Virus record (IMG/VR): IMGVR_UViG_2636415673_000001
Span: 1-42,350 of that record
Strand: one strand, 5' to 3'
DNA from: a virus
Taxonomy: Duplodnaviria; Heunggongvirae; Uroviricota; Caudoviricetes
Length of the DNA stretch: 42,350 nucleotides
Shown here piece by piece: positions 1 through 11,283 of the stretch. Each line of letters opens with the position of its first letter. Position 1 is the first letter of the stretch. The notes below the pieces were generated by a model. The model worked only from the letters and a program-made list of their open reading frames with translations. It made no database searches and had not been told where the DNA came from. The translations under genes and the position numbers were made by a program.

Positions 1-477
1 ATGAAACTCATCAGTAATGATCTGCGCGATGGCGATAAGCTGCCGCATCGTCATGTCTTTAACGGCATGGGTTACGATGGCGATAATATTTCACCGCATC
101 TGGCGTGGGATGATGTTCCTGTGGGAACGAAAAGTTTTGTTGTCACCTGCTACGACCCGGATGCGCCAACCGGCTCCGGCTGGTGGCACTGGGTAGTTGT
201 TAATTTACCCGCGGATACCCGCGTATTACCGCAAGGGTTTGGCTCTGGTCTGGTAGCAATGCCAGACGGCGTTTTGCAGACGCGTACCGACTTTGGTAAA
301 GCCGGATACGGTGGCGCAGCGCCGCCGAAAGGCGAAACCCATCGCTACATTTTTACCGTTCACGCGCTGGATGTAGAACGTATTGATGTCGATGAAGGTG
401 CCAGCGGCGCGATGGTCGGGTTTAACGTCCATTTCCATTCTCTGGCAAGCGCCTCGATTACTGCGATGTTTAGTTAA
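1..477 (+). CDS. ybhB: YbhB, PEBP-family (kinase-inhibitor-like) protein; host gene on the bio side of attB
   Basis: 158-aa ORF starting at base 1; translation matches E. coli YbhB as remembered; lies immediately outside the prophage junction. Confidence 0.9.
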   Translation: MKLISNDLRDGDKLPHRHVFNGMGYDGDNISPHLAWDDVPVGTKSFVVTCYDPDAPTGSGWWHWVVVNLPADTRVLPQGFGSGLVAMPDGVLQTRTDFGKAGYGGAAPPKGETHRYIFTVHALDVERIDVDEGASGAMVGFNVHFHSLASASITAMFS

Positions 478-567
478 TCACTCTGCCAGATGGCGCTATG
501 CCATCTGGTATCACTTAAAGGTATTAAAAACAACTTTTTGTCTTTTTACCTTCCCGTTTCGCTCAAG

Positions 568-582
568 TTAGTATAAAAAAGC
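568..582. other. attR: attR core (15-bp lambda common core O)
   Basis: ttagtataaaaaagc = reverse complement of lambda core GCTTTTTTATACTAA; identical 15-mer in same orientation at 41006..41020. Confidence 0.9.
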
Positions 583-740
583 TGAACGAGAAACGTAAAA
601 TGATATAAATATCAATATATTAAATTAGATTTTGCATAAAAAACAGACTACATAATACTGTAAAACACAACATATGCAGTCACTATGAATCAACTACTTA
701 GATGGTATTAGTGACCTGTAACAGAGCATTAGCGCAAGGT
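583..740. promoter_or_regulatory. lambda attP P arm (Int arm-type sites, IHF/Xis/Fis region)
   Basis: Sequence adjoining core matches remembered lambda P-arm; arm-type motifs cagtcactat (~677..686) and attagtgacctgtaacag (~707..724). Confidence 0.7.
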
Positions 741-925
741 GATTTTTTGTCCTCTTGCGCTAATTTTTTGTCATCAAACATGTCGTTCTCCAGAGAAGCA
801 TAAAGCCTTGCAATCAAGTGCAAAGCTTTGTGTACCAGAGTTTTCCTCATCAACTACCGCAAGTATCGATCGATTGAGACTTGGATGATAGACTTCATAC
901 CTTTCAGAACTCATTGATTAAATAA

Positions 926-1288
926 ATGTTAAATATATTTGCAAGGTACACCTCGATTGGTGTGCTGAACACACTTATACACTGGGTGGTTTTTGGTGTA
1001 TGTATCTATGCCGCGCATACCAATCAGGCTCTGGCAAACTTCGCAGGTTTCGTTGTGGCTGTGAGTTTTAGCTTCTTCGCGAATGCAAAATTCACATTCA
1101 AAGCATCAACTACAACGATGCGCTACATGTTATATGTCGGGTTCATGGGAACACTCAGTGCTACTGTTGGATGGGCTGCTGATAGATGCGCACTTCCCCC
1201 GATGATAACTCTTGTCACCTTCTCCGCCATCAGCCTGGTGTGCGGTTTCGTCTATTCAAAGTTCATTGTCTTTAGGGATGCGAAATGA
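926..1288 (+). CDS. gtrA: GtrA, bactoprenol-linked glucose translocase (flippase)
   Basis: 120-aa hydrophobic protein with GtrA-family N-terminus ([13 protein letters not shown]...); first gene of a three-gene operon overlapping gtrB by 4 nt. Confidence 0.85.
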   Translation: MLNIFARYTSIGVLNTLIHWVVFGVCIYAAHTNQALANFAGFVVAVSFSFFANAKFTFKASTTTMRYMLYVGFMGTLSATVGWAADRCALPPMITLVTFSAISLVCGFVYSKFIVFRDAK

Positions 1289-2199
1289 AAATTTCTTTAG
1301 TCGTTCCGGTCTTTAACGAAGAGGCCACGATACCTATTTTTTATAAAACCGTGCGCGAATTTGAAGGGCTTCAGCAGCATGAAGTCGAGATAGTCTTCAT
1401 AAACGATGGCAGCAAAGACGCTACAGAATCAATTATCAACGAGCTTGCTGTTGCCGACCCGCTTGTGGTTTCGCTGTCGTTCACACGTAACTTCGGCAAA
1501 GAACCCGCCCTGTTCGCAGGTCTGGACCATGCTACCGGGGAGGCAATTATCCCGATTGACGTTGATCTGCAAGACCCTATCGAAGTTATTCCTTACTTGA
1601 TAGAGAAATGGCAGGCCGGTGCAGATATGGTTCTGGCTAAACGCTCTGACCGCTCCACTGACAGCAGGCTGAAGCGTAAATCTGCTGAGTGGTTCTATAA
1701 ACTTCATAACAAAATCAGCAACCCTAAGATAGAAGAAAATGTTGGCGACTTCCGGCTCATGTCTCGCGAAGTAGTAGAAAACATTAAGCTCATGCCAGAA
1801 CGAAACCTGTTTATGAAGGGTGTGCTGAGCTGGGTTGGTGGTCGAACCGATGTCGTAGAATATGCGCGAGCAGAACGCGTTGCAGGAAGCACAAAGTTCA
1901 ATGGATGGAAGCTCTGGAACTTAGCGCTGGAAGGGATCACTAGCTTTTCTACTTTCCCTTTGCGCATGTGGACTTATATAGGCCTGTTTGTGGCAACCTT
2001 ATCATTCCTTTATGGAGCATGGATGATTGCTGATAAATTGATGTTTGGAAATAGTGTTCCAGGTTACCCTTCTATCATTGTATCAATATTGTTTCTTGGT
2101 GGAGTTCAGTTAATAGGCATAGGAGTTCTTGGAGAGTATATAGGAAGAATTTATGTTGAAGTTAAGCAACGACCAAGATACATTCTAAAGGATAAGTAA
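1285..2199 (+). CDS. gtrB: GtrB, bactoprenol glucosyltransferase (GT2 family)
   Basis: 304 aa; N-terminal GT2 signature (VVPVFNEE...FINDGSKD), C-terminal TM helices; ATGA overlap with gtrA. Confidence 0.9.
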   Translation: MKISLVVPVFNEEATIPIFYKTVREFEGLQQHEVEIVFINDGSKDATESIINELAVADPLVVSLSFTRNFGKEPALFAGLDHATGEAIIPIDVDLQDPIEVIPYLIEKWQAGADMVLAKRSDRSTDSRLKRKSAEWFYKLHNKISNPKIEENVGDFRLMSREVVENIKLMPERNLFMKGVLSWVGGRTDVVEYARAERVAGSTKFNGWKLWNLALEGITSFSTFPLRMWTYIGLFVATLSFLYGAWMIADKLMFGNSVPGYPSIIVSILFLGGVQLIGIGVLGEYIGRIYVEVKQRPRYILKDK

Positions 2200-2200
2200 A

Positions 2201-3667
2201 ATGACTTTAAATATAAAAAAAACAGCCATATATATCATTGGATTTATATTCTTGACTTTCTTCTACGCCTCGATTTCAAAACAGATTTTGCCAAGTTCGG
2301 ATGCTGTTTCTGGACTTCTTGAGGGTAAGGACATTGCGGACGGAAATTGGACGCTTAGTGGATGGTATCTCTCTACAGTATCATTCTATTTTACAGACAT
2401 AATATGGTACGGGCTTGCTTCAAAGGTATTCTGGTACGGACAGTACCAAGCATACTGCATACCGGCAATTATGTATTCAATGGTTACATTGATGACATTT
2501 TATCTTTCAAAAGAAAGGCTTTCATCGTTATGGGCCATTTCATTTTGCGTTGCGCTGCCTTCTGGGTTTGCAGTATTAAACGTATTAATACCTGTGATAC
2601 ATGTCGGCACATATGTATCCATGTTGTTTTGCTTCATAATGTTAGACAATTTTTCCAAAACAAGATCGTTAATTTCTCTATCTCTTTATATTTTAGTGTT
2701 AGTTCTAGCTTGTTTCAGTGATGACATCATAAAGCTACTCATTATTGCACCAGTAGCAATATCATCAGTGGTTTTTATAGTAAAAACCAAAAGCCAAAAA
2801 AATCTGATCATACTAGTTGCAACTATATTTGCATATGTTGCATCAAAAATTATGACCATGTACGCAAGAGCTCATAACTGGTACATTTTGCCAGGCGTTC
2901 CAGATCCAACATTTGTTGCATTTGATGATATCCTGAATAATTTATACTTATTCGTAAAAGGATTCCTCCTATACAGTGGAGCTTTCTTCTTTGGCAAATC
3001 ACCTTCTGATATTACAGCGCTTATTTCTGTTTTTTGTTTTGTTGTAATGATTTTACTTCTTATATTAGTTGCAATGTCAGTAAAGGAAATATTCAAAACC
3101 TCCATGGTCAATATGGCTATATGTATAGCTTGTATTATAATGATACCAGCATACCTTGCAAGTAACCGTCCAATAGATGAATGGACTATAAGATATATCG
3201 TTCCATTTTTTATACTAGCACCTGTTGTTATTGGCAGATCTAACAACTCCAGAGGGTGGAAATTCATCGCATTAGGGGTTGTTACAACATTTATTCTCTT
3301 TTGTTCTATTTATATGCATGAAAAAAAAGACAATTCTAATGATATTATAAATCAGATAAAACACACTGTAAGGCAGAATAACCTCACAAACGGGTATGCA
3401 TCTTTCTGGTTTGCTTCATCAGCAAGTATAGATGGAGACATATCAATTGCTCCGATTGATGTAAACCGAGGTTTGAATATACTTGCATGCAATAAATGGT
3501 TGTCAAAAAACTATTGGTATGAGCGCGGAGGAAATTTCATAATTACAGATGATGAGGTTATGAGAAATATAACAATTAAAGAGATTGGTAATCCATCAAA
3601 GGTTATTGACGTCGGAGATAAGAAGATTTTTGTTTACGATAAAAACATTACATTCAACTGCAATTAA
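2201..3667 (+). CDS. GtrC-type serotype-specific O-antigen modifying glycosyltransferase (polytopic membrane protein)
   Basis: 488 aa, many TM segments, strongly AT-rich; third position of a gtrAB operon between attachment site and tailspike as in P22/Shigella serotype-converting phages. Confidence 0.7.
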   Translation: MTLNIKKTAIYIIGFIFLTFFYASISKQILPSSDAVSGLLEGKDIADGNWTLSGWYLSTVSFYFTDIIWYGLASKVFWYGQYQAYCIPAIMYSMVTLMTFYLSKERLSSLWAISFCVALPSGFAVLNVLIPVIHVGTYVSMLFCFIMLDNFSKTRSLISLSLYILVLVLACFSDDIIKLLIIAPVAISSVVFIVKTKSQKNLIILVATIFAYVASKIMTMYARAHNWYILPGVPDPTFVAFDDILNNLYLFVKGFLLYSGAFFFGKSPSDITALISVFCFVVMILLLILVAMSVKEIFKTSMVNMAICIACIIMIPAYLASNRPIDEWTIRYIVPFFILAPVVIGRSNNSRGWKFIALGVVTTFILFCSIYMHEKKDNSNDIINQIKHTVRQNNLTNGYASFWFASSASIDGDISIAPIDVNRGLNILACNKWLSKNYWYERGGNFIITDDEVMRNITIKEIGNPSKVIDVGDKKIFVYDKNITFNCN

Positions 3668-3675
3668 TTAAATAA

Positions 3676-3694
3676 GCGGGTGCTAAGCACCCGC
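3676..3694. terminator. Bidirectional stem-loop between convergent gtrC and tailspike
   Basis: Perfect 8-bp stem gcgggtgc/gcacccgc with 3-nt loop, A/T-rich on both sides, between two convergent stop codons. Confidence 0.6.
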
Positions 3695-3698
3695 ATTA

Positions 3699-5462
3699 TC
3701 ATACACTTGTACCATCCGCCCTCTTCCATTCAGATGATACTGTGTTATACCATATTGGAAGACCTAGCGTTGTATCATAATACATCTGCCCACTGACTGG
3801 TGCTGTAGGGCGCTGCGCAGTCGGTCCACGGTTTTGATAAGTCGTCTGAGTATCATTAACACCTAGACAAGCTATAATACGGTTTTTGCGTTCTTCCGAT
3901 GTATTAAGGTAAATCTTGGTTGTCATATCGCTATCGAAAGAAACGCCATTGATGGTTATGCCGTTACAGTTATCGCCGGGGTCTGTGATCCCAAGTGGTT
4001 GCACGTAGTAACCCCCCCGGATATAAGATGTACCCATAGCACCGCCGATGACAGATACCTCTTTGCAATTTACCAACGATAGACCGCCAGTCTTATTTCC
4101 GTTGTATATATTATTCGACAAAGAGCATTGTTCAGCATTTTCCAACACCATGCCAAACTCACCACAGTAGGTGATAGTGTTTCCTGTAAACGTCAGGTTT
4201 CTAGCGCCTTTAATATTAATTCCACGGGCGTTGTTTGGTCTCCCAGCACTAATAATGTTACCGCTGATGGTAGCGTAAGCTAGACTCTCCATATCAAAAG
4301 CAGTACCGTCGATGGCATCGAAAACGCTATTTGAAATTATAACCGGATAACCCGCGAATTGGTCTGTTCCGCCAACCCCACCAAGAGTTGTACGTGTCCT
4401 TACCGCGTAATCTCCAACAAACATCGTACATTGGCTGATATATAAATCGGCGGTATCCCATACGTCAATCGGAGAGTTAGAACTGAAACACATAAGAAAC
4501 TTAGGTGATTCGCTGATGAACTCCACAGTATTTAAATCCGCACGCCCCAAGAATGGACTACCCCAACGTTCGCACCGGAAGAAGTTAACGTAATGGTAGT
4601 TGTTCATAGTAGTTTGTGCGTTATAGAAAAACACCCGATCAAACTCTAAGTTCTGGACATGACGACAAACAATCCAGTTAATCAGCACGTCGGATGATAT
4701 GACTACATCTCGGAATATGCCACCCTGTTTCCACTGACTAGCAGCCGGGCCAGACCCTGTAAGGGTAAACATAGTGAAGGTTGAATCAGAACCTAGATAT
4801 TTAATCTCTGGATTTTTTGCGTTACCAATAATTTCATATTTTGCTGGAAGCTCAATGTCTCTGGTCTTCATTCCATATATGCCAGAACCTTTCAAGTGAA
4901 TTTTTCTTGCGCCTGAAGCGAATGCCTTCTGAAAGGCTATGCTATTATCTGTTATTCCAGAATCGTCTTTGCCACCAAAGTCTTCCAAAAATACAAAATC
5001 ATCCAGCTTTTCTTGTACATTCCTGAAGACAGCACCATCAACAACAGATGGTAATCCATACTTATACTTTACTGTTTCAGGGAATGCCCCGCTTGCAAAC
5101 TCTCCCTCTAGCTCATGCCGGAACTGGTCCGGGTCATACTTGATAATGTTTGGATAGTAGAACTGCTGTGTGCCATATGCGTCATACACAGCCATTGAAT
5201 GTCCCTGTACGGTAACGAACTTTGCAATCTGTCCGTTATATACCGGATAACCAGCAGCGTTAATGATGATTGGTTGCGAAACAGGAACGTGAGAGCCGTC
5301 TTCATTCTCCATATAAACCTGAATCTGGTTTTCTGGATTTACCGGGTCAGTATCAATTTTACCGATATAAATTTTTCCATTGGCAACCGCTTTAAAAGAA
5401 CGCGCCATAGTGAAGAGTTGCGAAGGCATACTCACTACAACATTGGCTGTAATGTCTGTCAT
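3699..5462 (-). CDS. Tailspike protein: P22 gp9-type head-binding N-terminal domain fused to a different receptor-binding/beta-helix domain
   Basis: First ~110 aa match remembered P22 tailspike N-terminus ([34 protein letters not shown]...); remainder unrelated to the P22 endorhamnosidase domain. Confidence 0.85.
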   Translation of the reverse strand: MTDITANVVVSMPSQLFTMARSFKAVANGKIYIGKIDTDPVNPENQIQVYMENEDGSHVPVSQPIIINAAGYPVYNGQIAKFVTVQGHSMAVYDAYGTQQFYYPNIIKYDPDQFRHELEGEFASGAFPETVKYKYGLPSVVDGAVFRNVQEKLDDFVFLEDFGGKDDSGITDNSIAFQKAFASGARKIHLKGSGIYGMKTRDIELPAKYEIIGNAKNPEIKYLGSDSTFTMFTLTGSGPAASQWKQGGIFRDVVISSDVLINWIVCRHVQNLEFDRVFFYNAQTTMNNYHYVNFFRCERWGSPFLGRADLNTVEFISESPKFLMCFSSNSPIDVWDTADLYISQCTMFVGDYAVRTRTTLGGVGGTDQFAGYPVIISNSVFDAIDGTAFDMESLAYATISGNIISAGRPNNARGINIKGARNLTFTGNTITYCGEFGMVLENAEQCSLSNNIYNGNKTGGLSLVNCKEVSVIGGAMGTSYIRGGYYVQPLGITDPGDNCNGITINGVSFDSDMTTKIYLNTSEERKNRIIACLGVNDTQTTYQNRGPTAQRPTAPVSGQMYYDTTLGLPIWYNTVSSEWKRADGTSV

Positions 5463-5518
5463 TTAATTTGCTCCAGATACAAGAAATCGCCGCAGCATGG
5501 CCACGGTGAATTTTGGGC

Positions 5519-5543
5519 ATAAAAAAACCCAGCCGAAGCTGGG
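5519..5543 (-). terminator. Intrinsic terminator upstream of tailspike gene
   Basis: cccagc-cgaa-gctggg hairpin followed on the minus strand by a 7-U run. Confidence 0.6.
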
Positions 5544-5595
5544 TCGTTGCGTTGGTTATCTGTCAGTAGTTATGTACTGGCTGAAGGATTTGTAC

Positions 5596-5616
5596 AAAAA
5601 AACCACCTGACGGTGG
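5596..5616 (-). terminator. Intrinsic terminator (tandem with 5519..5543)
   Basis: ccacc-tgac-ggtgg hairpin flanked by A7 (minus-strand U-run); also a T5 tract on the plus side. Confidence 0.5.
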
Positions 5617-5709
5617 GTTAATTTTTGCATTTACCTGGGCCATATTGACTACTTATAAAATGAGTTCAATATTTAATCGCCCAATAACGGGTGTATGTTG
5701 AGGTATATC

Positions 5710-5889
5710 ATGGCGAAAAAACCAGGTGAAAACACAGGAAAAAACGGCGGAATATACCAAGAAGTTGGCCCACGCGGCGGTAAGAAAGACAATTTTGCCA
5801 CCGTCAAGGACAACGAAAGGCTTCCACCAACAACAAAGCCAGGTCATGGCTGGGTATTGGATAAGCGAACTCCAGACAGCAAAAAGTAA
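5710..5889 (+). CDS. Small Gly/Lys-rich protein (resembles YjzC-type small stress proteins; family not verified)
   Basis: 59-aa ORF with GAGGT RBS 5 nt upstream, candidate ttgact -35 at 5645..5650, own terminator at 5896..5918. Confidence 0.55.
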   Translation: MAKKPGENTGKNGGIYQEVGPRGGKKDNFATVKDNERLPPTTKPGHGWVLDKRTPDSKK

Positions 5890-5895
5890 TAATCA

Positions 5896-5918
5896 AGCCG
5901 GTTCACTCCGGCTTTTTG
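5896..5918 (+). terminator. Intrinsic terminator after 5710..5889
   Basis: agccgg-ttcact-ccggct hairpin followed by TTTTT. Confidence 0.7.
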
Positions 5919-6268
5919 ATATGTCGCTCGCAGAACTCAACAAGCCTGCTCATTAAGTAGCAGTAAGTCTCATTAGCTCTTCCTGGTTCAACATCAACAC
6001 CGACCCTTGAGCAGATATCGAATGCCATGTGAGCGCACTCATGGGCAATAGTAGATAGTTTGCCATTGAACACGCCTATCACATGCAAAACACCATTCTC
6101 GCTGCTCATTGTATGAGACGCTCCGTTGGCATCCGAGTCCTGCACGTCCACACCAAGTTTTTGATGCAGGCGTTGCCATTCTGGAAAGTCTCTACAAAAC
6201 ACAATTGTACCGCTCTCAAAGAGCGGAACGAGCATCTTTGGTACGTTTCCAATGTTAACTTTTTTCAT
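5903..6268 (-). CDS. Small HExxH-motif protein (putative zincin-like metallopeptidase), paralog of 20924..21313
   Basis: 121 aa; HECAH motif; shares IGVF...HECAH...NETYCY...R.V blocks with the 129-aa protein at 20924..21313. Confidence 0.6.
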   Translation of the reverse strand: MKKVNIGNVPKMLVPLFESGTIVFCRDFPEWQRLHQKLGVDVQDSDANGASHTMSSENGVLHVIGVFNGKLSTIAHECAHMAFDICSRVGVDVEPGRANETYCYLMSRLVEFCERHIKKPE

Positions 6269-6298
6269 GGTATCCTGCGTAAAACTAAGGAGGTTGGT

Positions 6299-6793
6299 GT
6301 GTCTGATTCTATGAGTTACGCTGTGCTAGTTGCCGCAACTCTATTTCTGGGGATAGGGTTGCAGATTGCGTGGTTCTTTTTTTCTAGTTTTATTAAACGT
6401 AAAAGAATTGAATCAAGGATATCTGAGATTTCTATTGCTATAGGGAAAAATGCTGAAAATCCAGAGAATGAGGCCTGCGCACTGAATTACCTTAAAGAAA
6501 AGTTTTCCCCTGAAAAATTTGAAAACAGAATTACTGATGCTCTTGGATTGGTAATATCAGTAATTCATATGCCACTAAGTTTACTGATAACAGTGTGGTA
6601 CTTCGCCATGATCGCCGGAAGAATATTTGGTTTCATGAATATAGATCCTGTAGTTCTTTGGGTTCCAATGATACTGCAATTGTTGTTAAGCGTTGCTATC
6701 TTTATTTTTTCTGTTTTTATAAAAATTGTCTTTGGAAGATACCCCGGAGAAGCGAAGGGATTTAATAAAGAATTCATAAAAACTATAAAATAA
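6299..6793 (+). CDS. Polytopic inner-membrane protein, putative SieA-like superinfection exclusion protein
   Basis: AAGGAGG RBS 5 nt before GTG 6299 (alternative ATG 6311); several TM helices; AT-rich; sits between gp16 and tailspike where P22 carries sieA/immI. Confidence 0.45.
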   Translation: MSDSMSYAVLVAATLFLGIGLQIAWFFFSSFIKRKRIESRISEISIAIGKNAENPENEACALNYLKEKFSPEKFENRITDALGLVISVIHMPLSLLITVWYFAMIAGRIFGFMNIDPVVLWVPMILQLLLSVAIFIFSVFIKIVFGRYPGEAKGFNKEFIKTIK

Positions 6794-6815
6794 ATGCCGT
6801 CCCTGGCTTACAGTG

Positions 6816-8657
6816 CTACTGCCGGGTAGCTTCGTTAACTAAGAGCGGGCGCACGGCAGTAGCCGCCTGATTTAGCGCTCTTTCATAGGCTGGTGTTCCT
6901 GCTTTGGTGTTTGCCAAACGTAAGAGAGCATTCCTTGCTGCTTTTGACTCATACAAGCGCATCATTGCACCGAAACCAGCCTCAAGCCCCATTGATACGC
7001 CAAGAGTCGCAGTTGCGCCAATCGTCCTTATCCTGTTGGCTTGCGATTGCCCCGTCTGAGTTACTACATTTGCGGTGTCTGACCTTGCTGTTTGCTGTAG
7101 AACTTCATGAAGAGCATCAAGCTCTTTCATGTGCTTTCCAGAAAAAATAGTGTTGTAAATTTCACCGCCTGACTGAGATTTCAGCTTATTAACTTCAGTG
7201 ATGAACTTGGCTGGAGAGTCACCTGCCTTTTCCGCTATTTTGCTGACGTAAGCTGCACGCATAGCATCTTTCCCTTTATCATCCAATGCGCTCCAGATTC
7301 GTTTCACGTCAGATGGTTTTCTACTTAATACAACGGTATTTATAAGTTCAGGACTGGCTTCACTGCTTGCCTTGTTGAGCTTGTTAGCAATGTTTTTATT
7401 AAGCACCTTATTATAAACGTTTGCATAATCGGAATTTGCTTTAAGGTATTTTGCTGCGTCTGATGCACCTAGGTTTTTAGCAACTGCGTTACGAAGGTCT
7501 TTTGACATTGCATTCTCTACCATATTGGTAGCTGCTTTTGCCTGGTTGGGGAAGACCATAGCATCTCCCTGAACATTAGATCTAAATGCTGTTCTGTGCT
7601 GACGCAAGAGATCAAACGTAACATCCAAATCAGTTGCAGGGTTTGCTAATTCTTCACGTAGGTTACGCAAGGATGTAAGCAGGCTTTGATTAGCAGACGT
7701 CCCAAGCCGTTCCTGTCTTGCGATCGCTGTATTCAGAGCATTCATGGTGTTTGTGGTATCAACTGCGGCATTACCCATTTTATTGGTGACGTCATTGATA
7801 ACAGCGCCAGCGGCATCCTTCCGCCCCCTTAACGTGGTGATCAGAGATTTCACCACATCATCAGGGTTGTACTCACCAAAACGGTCAAAATAATTGCTTA
7901 CCAGCTTACTACGCGTTGCATATTGCTCCGCTCTCTTTGAGCCTGTCCCGAGCAAAGCCCCCTCGGCATCCTGAGTAAGGCCGCGAGTGAAAGCATTTTT
8001 CGGCGGGATAACATCAGATGTCATTGGTGTCACGCCCATCGATTCTGATGTGGCAATTTTCTTCGCCACTTCTGGCGCAATATCACCTTTTATAGCCGTT
8101 ATTCCACGCCCTATTCCCTTTGCTGCTGCGGAAAGAACCCCCTGAGCGGCAAGGTTAACTCCGGCATTTTTGGCTGCATTTTGTGCGAAATCGCCTTTCT
8201 GATTTGCGGCCTCTGCCAGTGATCCAATAGCCATGCTTCCTGCCGTTCCAACTCCTGGAACTAAATACCCACCAATTGTTTCACCGGCTTGCGCGTAGGG
8301 GTCTGTCGGTCTGTCTACTGGACGATAAACATCATCCAAAACCTTGGGTCCACCAAGCCCCTGACTGATTGCATTAATCAGGCTTGCGCCGCCCTGCAAT
8401 ACGTCAAATGGTATGTTTACCAGACCACGACCTGCCTGTTCTGCAATTTGCCCTGCACTTTGACCACCAGTGAGCCAATCGCCAGCTTGTTGCATCAATG
8501 AAGGTTCTTCACGTGCTGGTTCATTATTGGCCTGATTAACTGTTTGTTGCTGAACAGCCTGACCAGCAAAATACTCATCAATGGCGGTGCCAATATCTTC
8601 CGTGCTCGTACCATCAGGGAAGGTAAATGTCTTACCGTTTGCAGTTACTTTCATCAT
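6816..8657 (-). CDS. Ejection (internal virion) protein gp16
   Basis: 613 aa; matches P22 gp16 in size and order (after gp20). Confidence 0.85.
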   Translation of the reverse strand: MMKVTANGKTFTFPDGTSTEDIGTAIDEYFAGQAVQQQTVNQANNEPAREEPSLMQQAGDWLTGGQSAGQIAEQAGRGLVNIPFDVLQGGASLINAISQGLGGPKVLDDVYRPVDRPTDPYAQAGETIGGYLVPGVGTAGSMAIGSLAEAANQKGDFAQNAAKNAGVNLAAQGVLSAAAKGIGRGITAIKGDIAPEVAKKIATSESMGVTPMTSDVIPPKNAFTRGLTQDAEGALLGTGSKRAEQYATRSKLVSNYFDRFGEYNPDDVVKSLITTLRGRKDAAGAVINDVTNKMGNAAVDTTNTMNALNTAIARQERLGTSANQSLLTSLRNLREELANPATDLDVTFDLLRQHRTAFRSNVQGDAMVFPNQAKAATNMVENAMSKDLRNAVAKNLGASDAAKYLKANSDYANVYNKVLNKNIANKLNKASSEASPELINTVVLSRKPSDVKRIWSALDDKGKDAMRAAYVSKIAEKAGDSPAKFITEVNKLKSQSGGEIYNTIFSGKHMKELDALHEVLQQTARSDTANVVTQTGQSQANRIRTIGATATLGVSMGLEAGFGAMMRLYESKAARNALLRLANTKAGTPAYERALNQAATAVRPLLVNEATRQ

Positions 8658-10120
8658 TCCACCGTAAATTGAATGCCTGATTTTGAGGTATATGATCCGG
8701 ATTGACTCTGCTGCTGTTGGGTATTTGTCGGTTGTTGGCTATTGCTCTGTTGTTGACTATTTGCAGCACTTGAAACCACCAAAGCATCATAAACGCGACC
8801 AGACTGACCACGTAATGAGTTATATTGGCCCTGCATTTTCCGCATTTTTGTTTCAGTAGCAGCCTTGGAATCACCGGGCTGAGGCAGGTACATTTTGGAA
8901 TACTCCTGCATCTCTGGCAGAGTAATTGCTGCACCTGTTTCTGGGCGCAAAATTGCATACAAGGCGTCTCTCGCATTTACCATATATTGCTGCTCAGCTG
9001 GTGATAGGCTTAAATTTGCAATAGTCCCATCACCAAGAGAGCGATTTATTAATGCAACTCGCTTAGGGTCAATGCTTTTACTAAGCTGATTCATTGAGTC
9101 CATTGAATCTTTTAATCGCAAAGCAAATCCTGCCGCCTTCTTGGAACCCTCATTAGCCTTATCTATGATGCTTTGCGCTTGTGGCAAGCTAATTGGTTTA
9201 ATGCCATCACCAGATATAGGTTGGTTTAGTTTTCCGGCTTCCTCGCTGCCATCGGTGTAATACTTAGTTACAGAGCCATCAGGATTGGTTTCAACCTTAA
9301 GTAATTTCTTAGCATTGGGATTAATTCCTGCCGCTGCCGCAAATGCCGCCGCCCCCTCTGGATCCGCCTTTAACATTTGCGCGTACTGATTGTAATTCTG
9401 CATTGCGGCTGTTGGTGCATATGCTGACGTTAACGCATTTGCTCGGCTAATATCCTGCCCTCTCGCCTGAAGTGCTTCGCCAGCCTGATTGCTGCGGATT
9501 GTCTCTGCCAGTCTGCCTCTGTCAATCTCACGACCAGCCATCTTGTCCTGAACATTGAAGTAATCAATCGGACCAAGAGCAGCCATTCCGAGGTGATCAA
9601 CAAACTCACCAAATCCTGAAGGATTCTGCTGATACATCTGAGCAACGTTGTTAGGGTCAACGCCGACGCGCGCCAGTTCCTTGGCGTTGTTTTGCAGCCA
9701 TGATTGCATTGCTTCTGGAGACGAGGCCGCAAGGCGTGCGCCAGCTGCTAAGGTGCCGATAGAATTACGCTGCTCTTCATCAATGAATCCCATGCCTTTA
9801 CGAACGGATTCAATCTGGTCTGGATATTGAGTAGCCAACTGACGCAAAGCACCGCGATCACCAGACGCATAAGCATTAGCGTATGCCTGCTGAAATTCTT
9901 TCTGCCGCTGAGCCTGCTTTTCCTGCTGAAACACCCCCGCAATACCTGAAAGTCCTTGCAAAGCAGTCAGCCCAACATTGTTAGCGCCTGAACGCTCAAT
10001 ATCATTGTTCTGCCTGATAAGCTGAAGCGTATTGCCGATGTCATTTACGCTCGGAGCGTTTGAGTTGACGCCGCCGATACCAGCCAACAATCCGCCATTT
10101 GATCCTTGCCAAGTAGCCAT
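8654..10120 (-). CDS. Ejection protein gp20
   Basis: 488 aa; P22 gp20-like sequence and position. Confidence 0.85.
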   Translation of the reverse strand: MATWQGSNGGLLAGIGGVNSNAPSVNDIGNTLQLIRQNNDIERSGANNVGLTALQGLSGIAGVFQQEKQAQRQKEFQQAYANAYASGDRGALRQLATQYPDQIESVRKGMGFIDEEQRNSIGTLAAGARLAASSPEAMQSWLQNNAKELARVGVDPNNVAQMYQQNPSGFGEFVDHLGMAALGPIDYFNVQDKMAGREIDRGRLAETIRSNQAGEALQARGQDISRANALTSAYAPTAAMQNYNQYAQMLKADPEGAAAFAAAAGINPNAKKLLKVETNPDGSVTKYYTDGSEEAGKLNQPISGDGIKPISLPQAQSIIDKANEGSKKAAGFALRLKDSMDSMNQLSKSIDPKRVALINRSLGDGTIANLSLSPAEQQYMVNARDALYAILRPETGAAITLPEMQEYSKMYLPQPGDSKAATETKMRKMQGQYNSLRGQSGRVYDALVVSSAANSQQQSNSQQPTNTQQQQSQSGSYTSKSGIQFTVE

Positions 10121-10129
10121 GATTACCCC

Positions 10130-10822
10130 TTAAAACAACGAACCAAGCAATCCGATACCAGCACCAATGCCAGCGCCCCAAGGTGTTGATGTTCCCAAAA
10201 GGCTGGCAAGACCTGCACCGGCAATCGCACCGGACGTTCCGCCGCTAATTGCTGTCTGAAGACTTGATGGTTTGTTGGCATTAGCAGCGGCAAGAGCTGC
10301 GCTTTGCTGTGCAATGCTGCTCATGTTGTTGGCGTACGTCTGCCCGGCGTTTGCCTGACCTTGCAGAGCACCAAGCCCAACGTTTGCCAGATTGTTGTAA
10401 TTGCTCATCTGGTTTGATAACCAAGACTGACCGAGAGTCGGCGCGATCGTAGCCAGTTGATTGCTTGTGGCTGTCGAACCAAGTCCCCCCGTCGCCTCCG
10501 CAGCAGCAAGATTCTGGTAGCGAGCCTGACCTGCAAGGTCTTTATACTGCTGAGAGTTGTAATACTGATTAAGTGCCTGCCCCTGTCCTTCTAAACTGGA
10601 AAGATTCTGAAGCTGGTTAACATACTGCTCCGCAAGCGGCGTGAACGGAGCAAGGTTTTTCATGATCGTCTGCCACTGCTGATTTTGCAGGTCTGCGGCA
10701 TACTTCTGAGCTTCTGCGGCATACTTTGCGCTTTTATCAGAACTGCCACCTTTCCCGCCTTTTTCAGGGCAATAAGGTTCCTCGCCGCGCAGTTTTCTGC
10801 CCAGCTTAAATGCATATAACAT
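10130..10822 (-). CDS. Ejection protein gp7
   Basis: 230 aa; N-terminus MLYAFKLGRKLRGEEP...KGGKGGSSDKSAKYAAEAQK matches P22 gp7. Confidence 0.85.
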   Translation of the reverse strand: MLYAFKLGRKLRGEEPYCPEKGGKGGSSDKSAKYAAEAQKYAADLQNQQWQTIMKNLAPFTPLAEQYVNQLQNLSSLEGQGQALNQYYNSQQYKDLAGQARYQNLAAAEATGGLGSTATSNQLATIAPTLGQSWLSNQMSNYNNLANVGLGALQGQANAGQTYANNMSSIAQQSAALAAANANKPSSLQTAISGGTSGAIAGAGLASLLGTSTPWGAGIGAGIGLLGSLF

Positions 10823-10824
10823 GG

Positions 10825-11283
10825 CTATCTCCCGTGATTCAGGAATTCGATTAGTTCTTCGCGTGTAGCACTGTAAAATGTCACGTCATCCACGCCTTTG
10901 AAGTATTTCTTGATGGTTCCTACACGATTAAGGCCAATCATTGCGCAGTACATCTGCCCGTGGCGGAATTTGCGCGCAGCGAACGATGTGACACACTGAA
11001 CAGTGGTGTTAGTCAGAATGTATCTCCAGAACGCCAGCCCGATTTCCTTGCTGAATCCACGAACCTCTGGCAGGTACATGGCGTGGCAATCGAATGTCAG
11101 CGGCTGAATCTCCTGATAGTAAACAATTCCGCCGAACTGCCCGTGCACGTTCACCTCAAAGTAACGGCATTCAGGCTTGTAGTCGTATCCATCACCGTTG
11201 TTGCTCCCGGCGATAATGTCAGGGTGATTTCCCACGGCTTCTATCAGGTCGATGTTTCGCGTTGGTTTGAACTGAATCATCAC
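10825..11283 (-). CDS. gp14 head/ejection-associated protein
   Basis: 152 aa in the P22 gene-14 position between gp26 and gp7. Confidence 0.7.
   Translation of the reverse strand: MMIQFKPTRNIDLIEAVGNHPDIIAGSNNGDGYDYKPECRYFEVNVHGQFGGIVYYQEIQPLTFDCHAMYLPEVRGFSKEIGLAFWRYILTNTTVQCVTSFAARKFRHGQMYCAMIGLNRVGTIKKYFKGVDDVTFYSATREELIEFLNHGR

Noticed and set aside
486-508. 9-bp inverted repeat just after ybhB (ccagatggc...gccatctgg)
   Set aside because: No U-tract follows; it is host sequence outside the prophage and not interpretable as a phage feature.
5463-6815. P22-type immI genes (mnt, arc, ant)
   Set aside because: No small ribbon-helix-helix ORF pair or antirepressor-sized ORF is present; the locus holds different genes (see the immI-equivalent locus finding).
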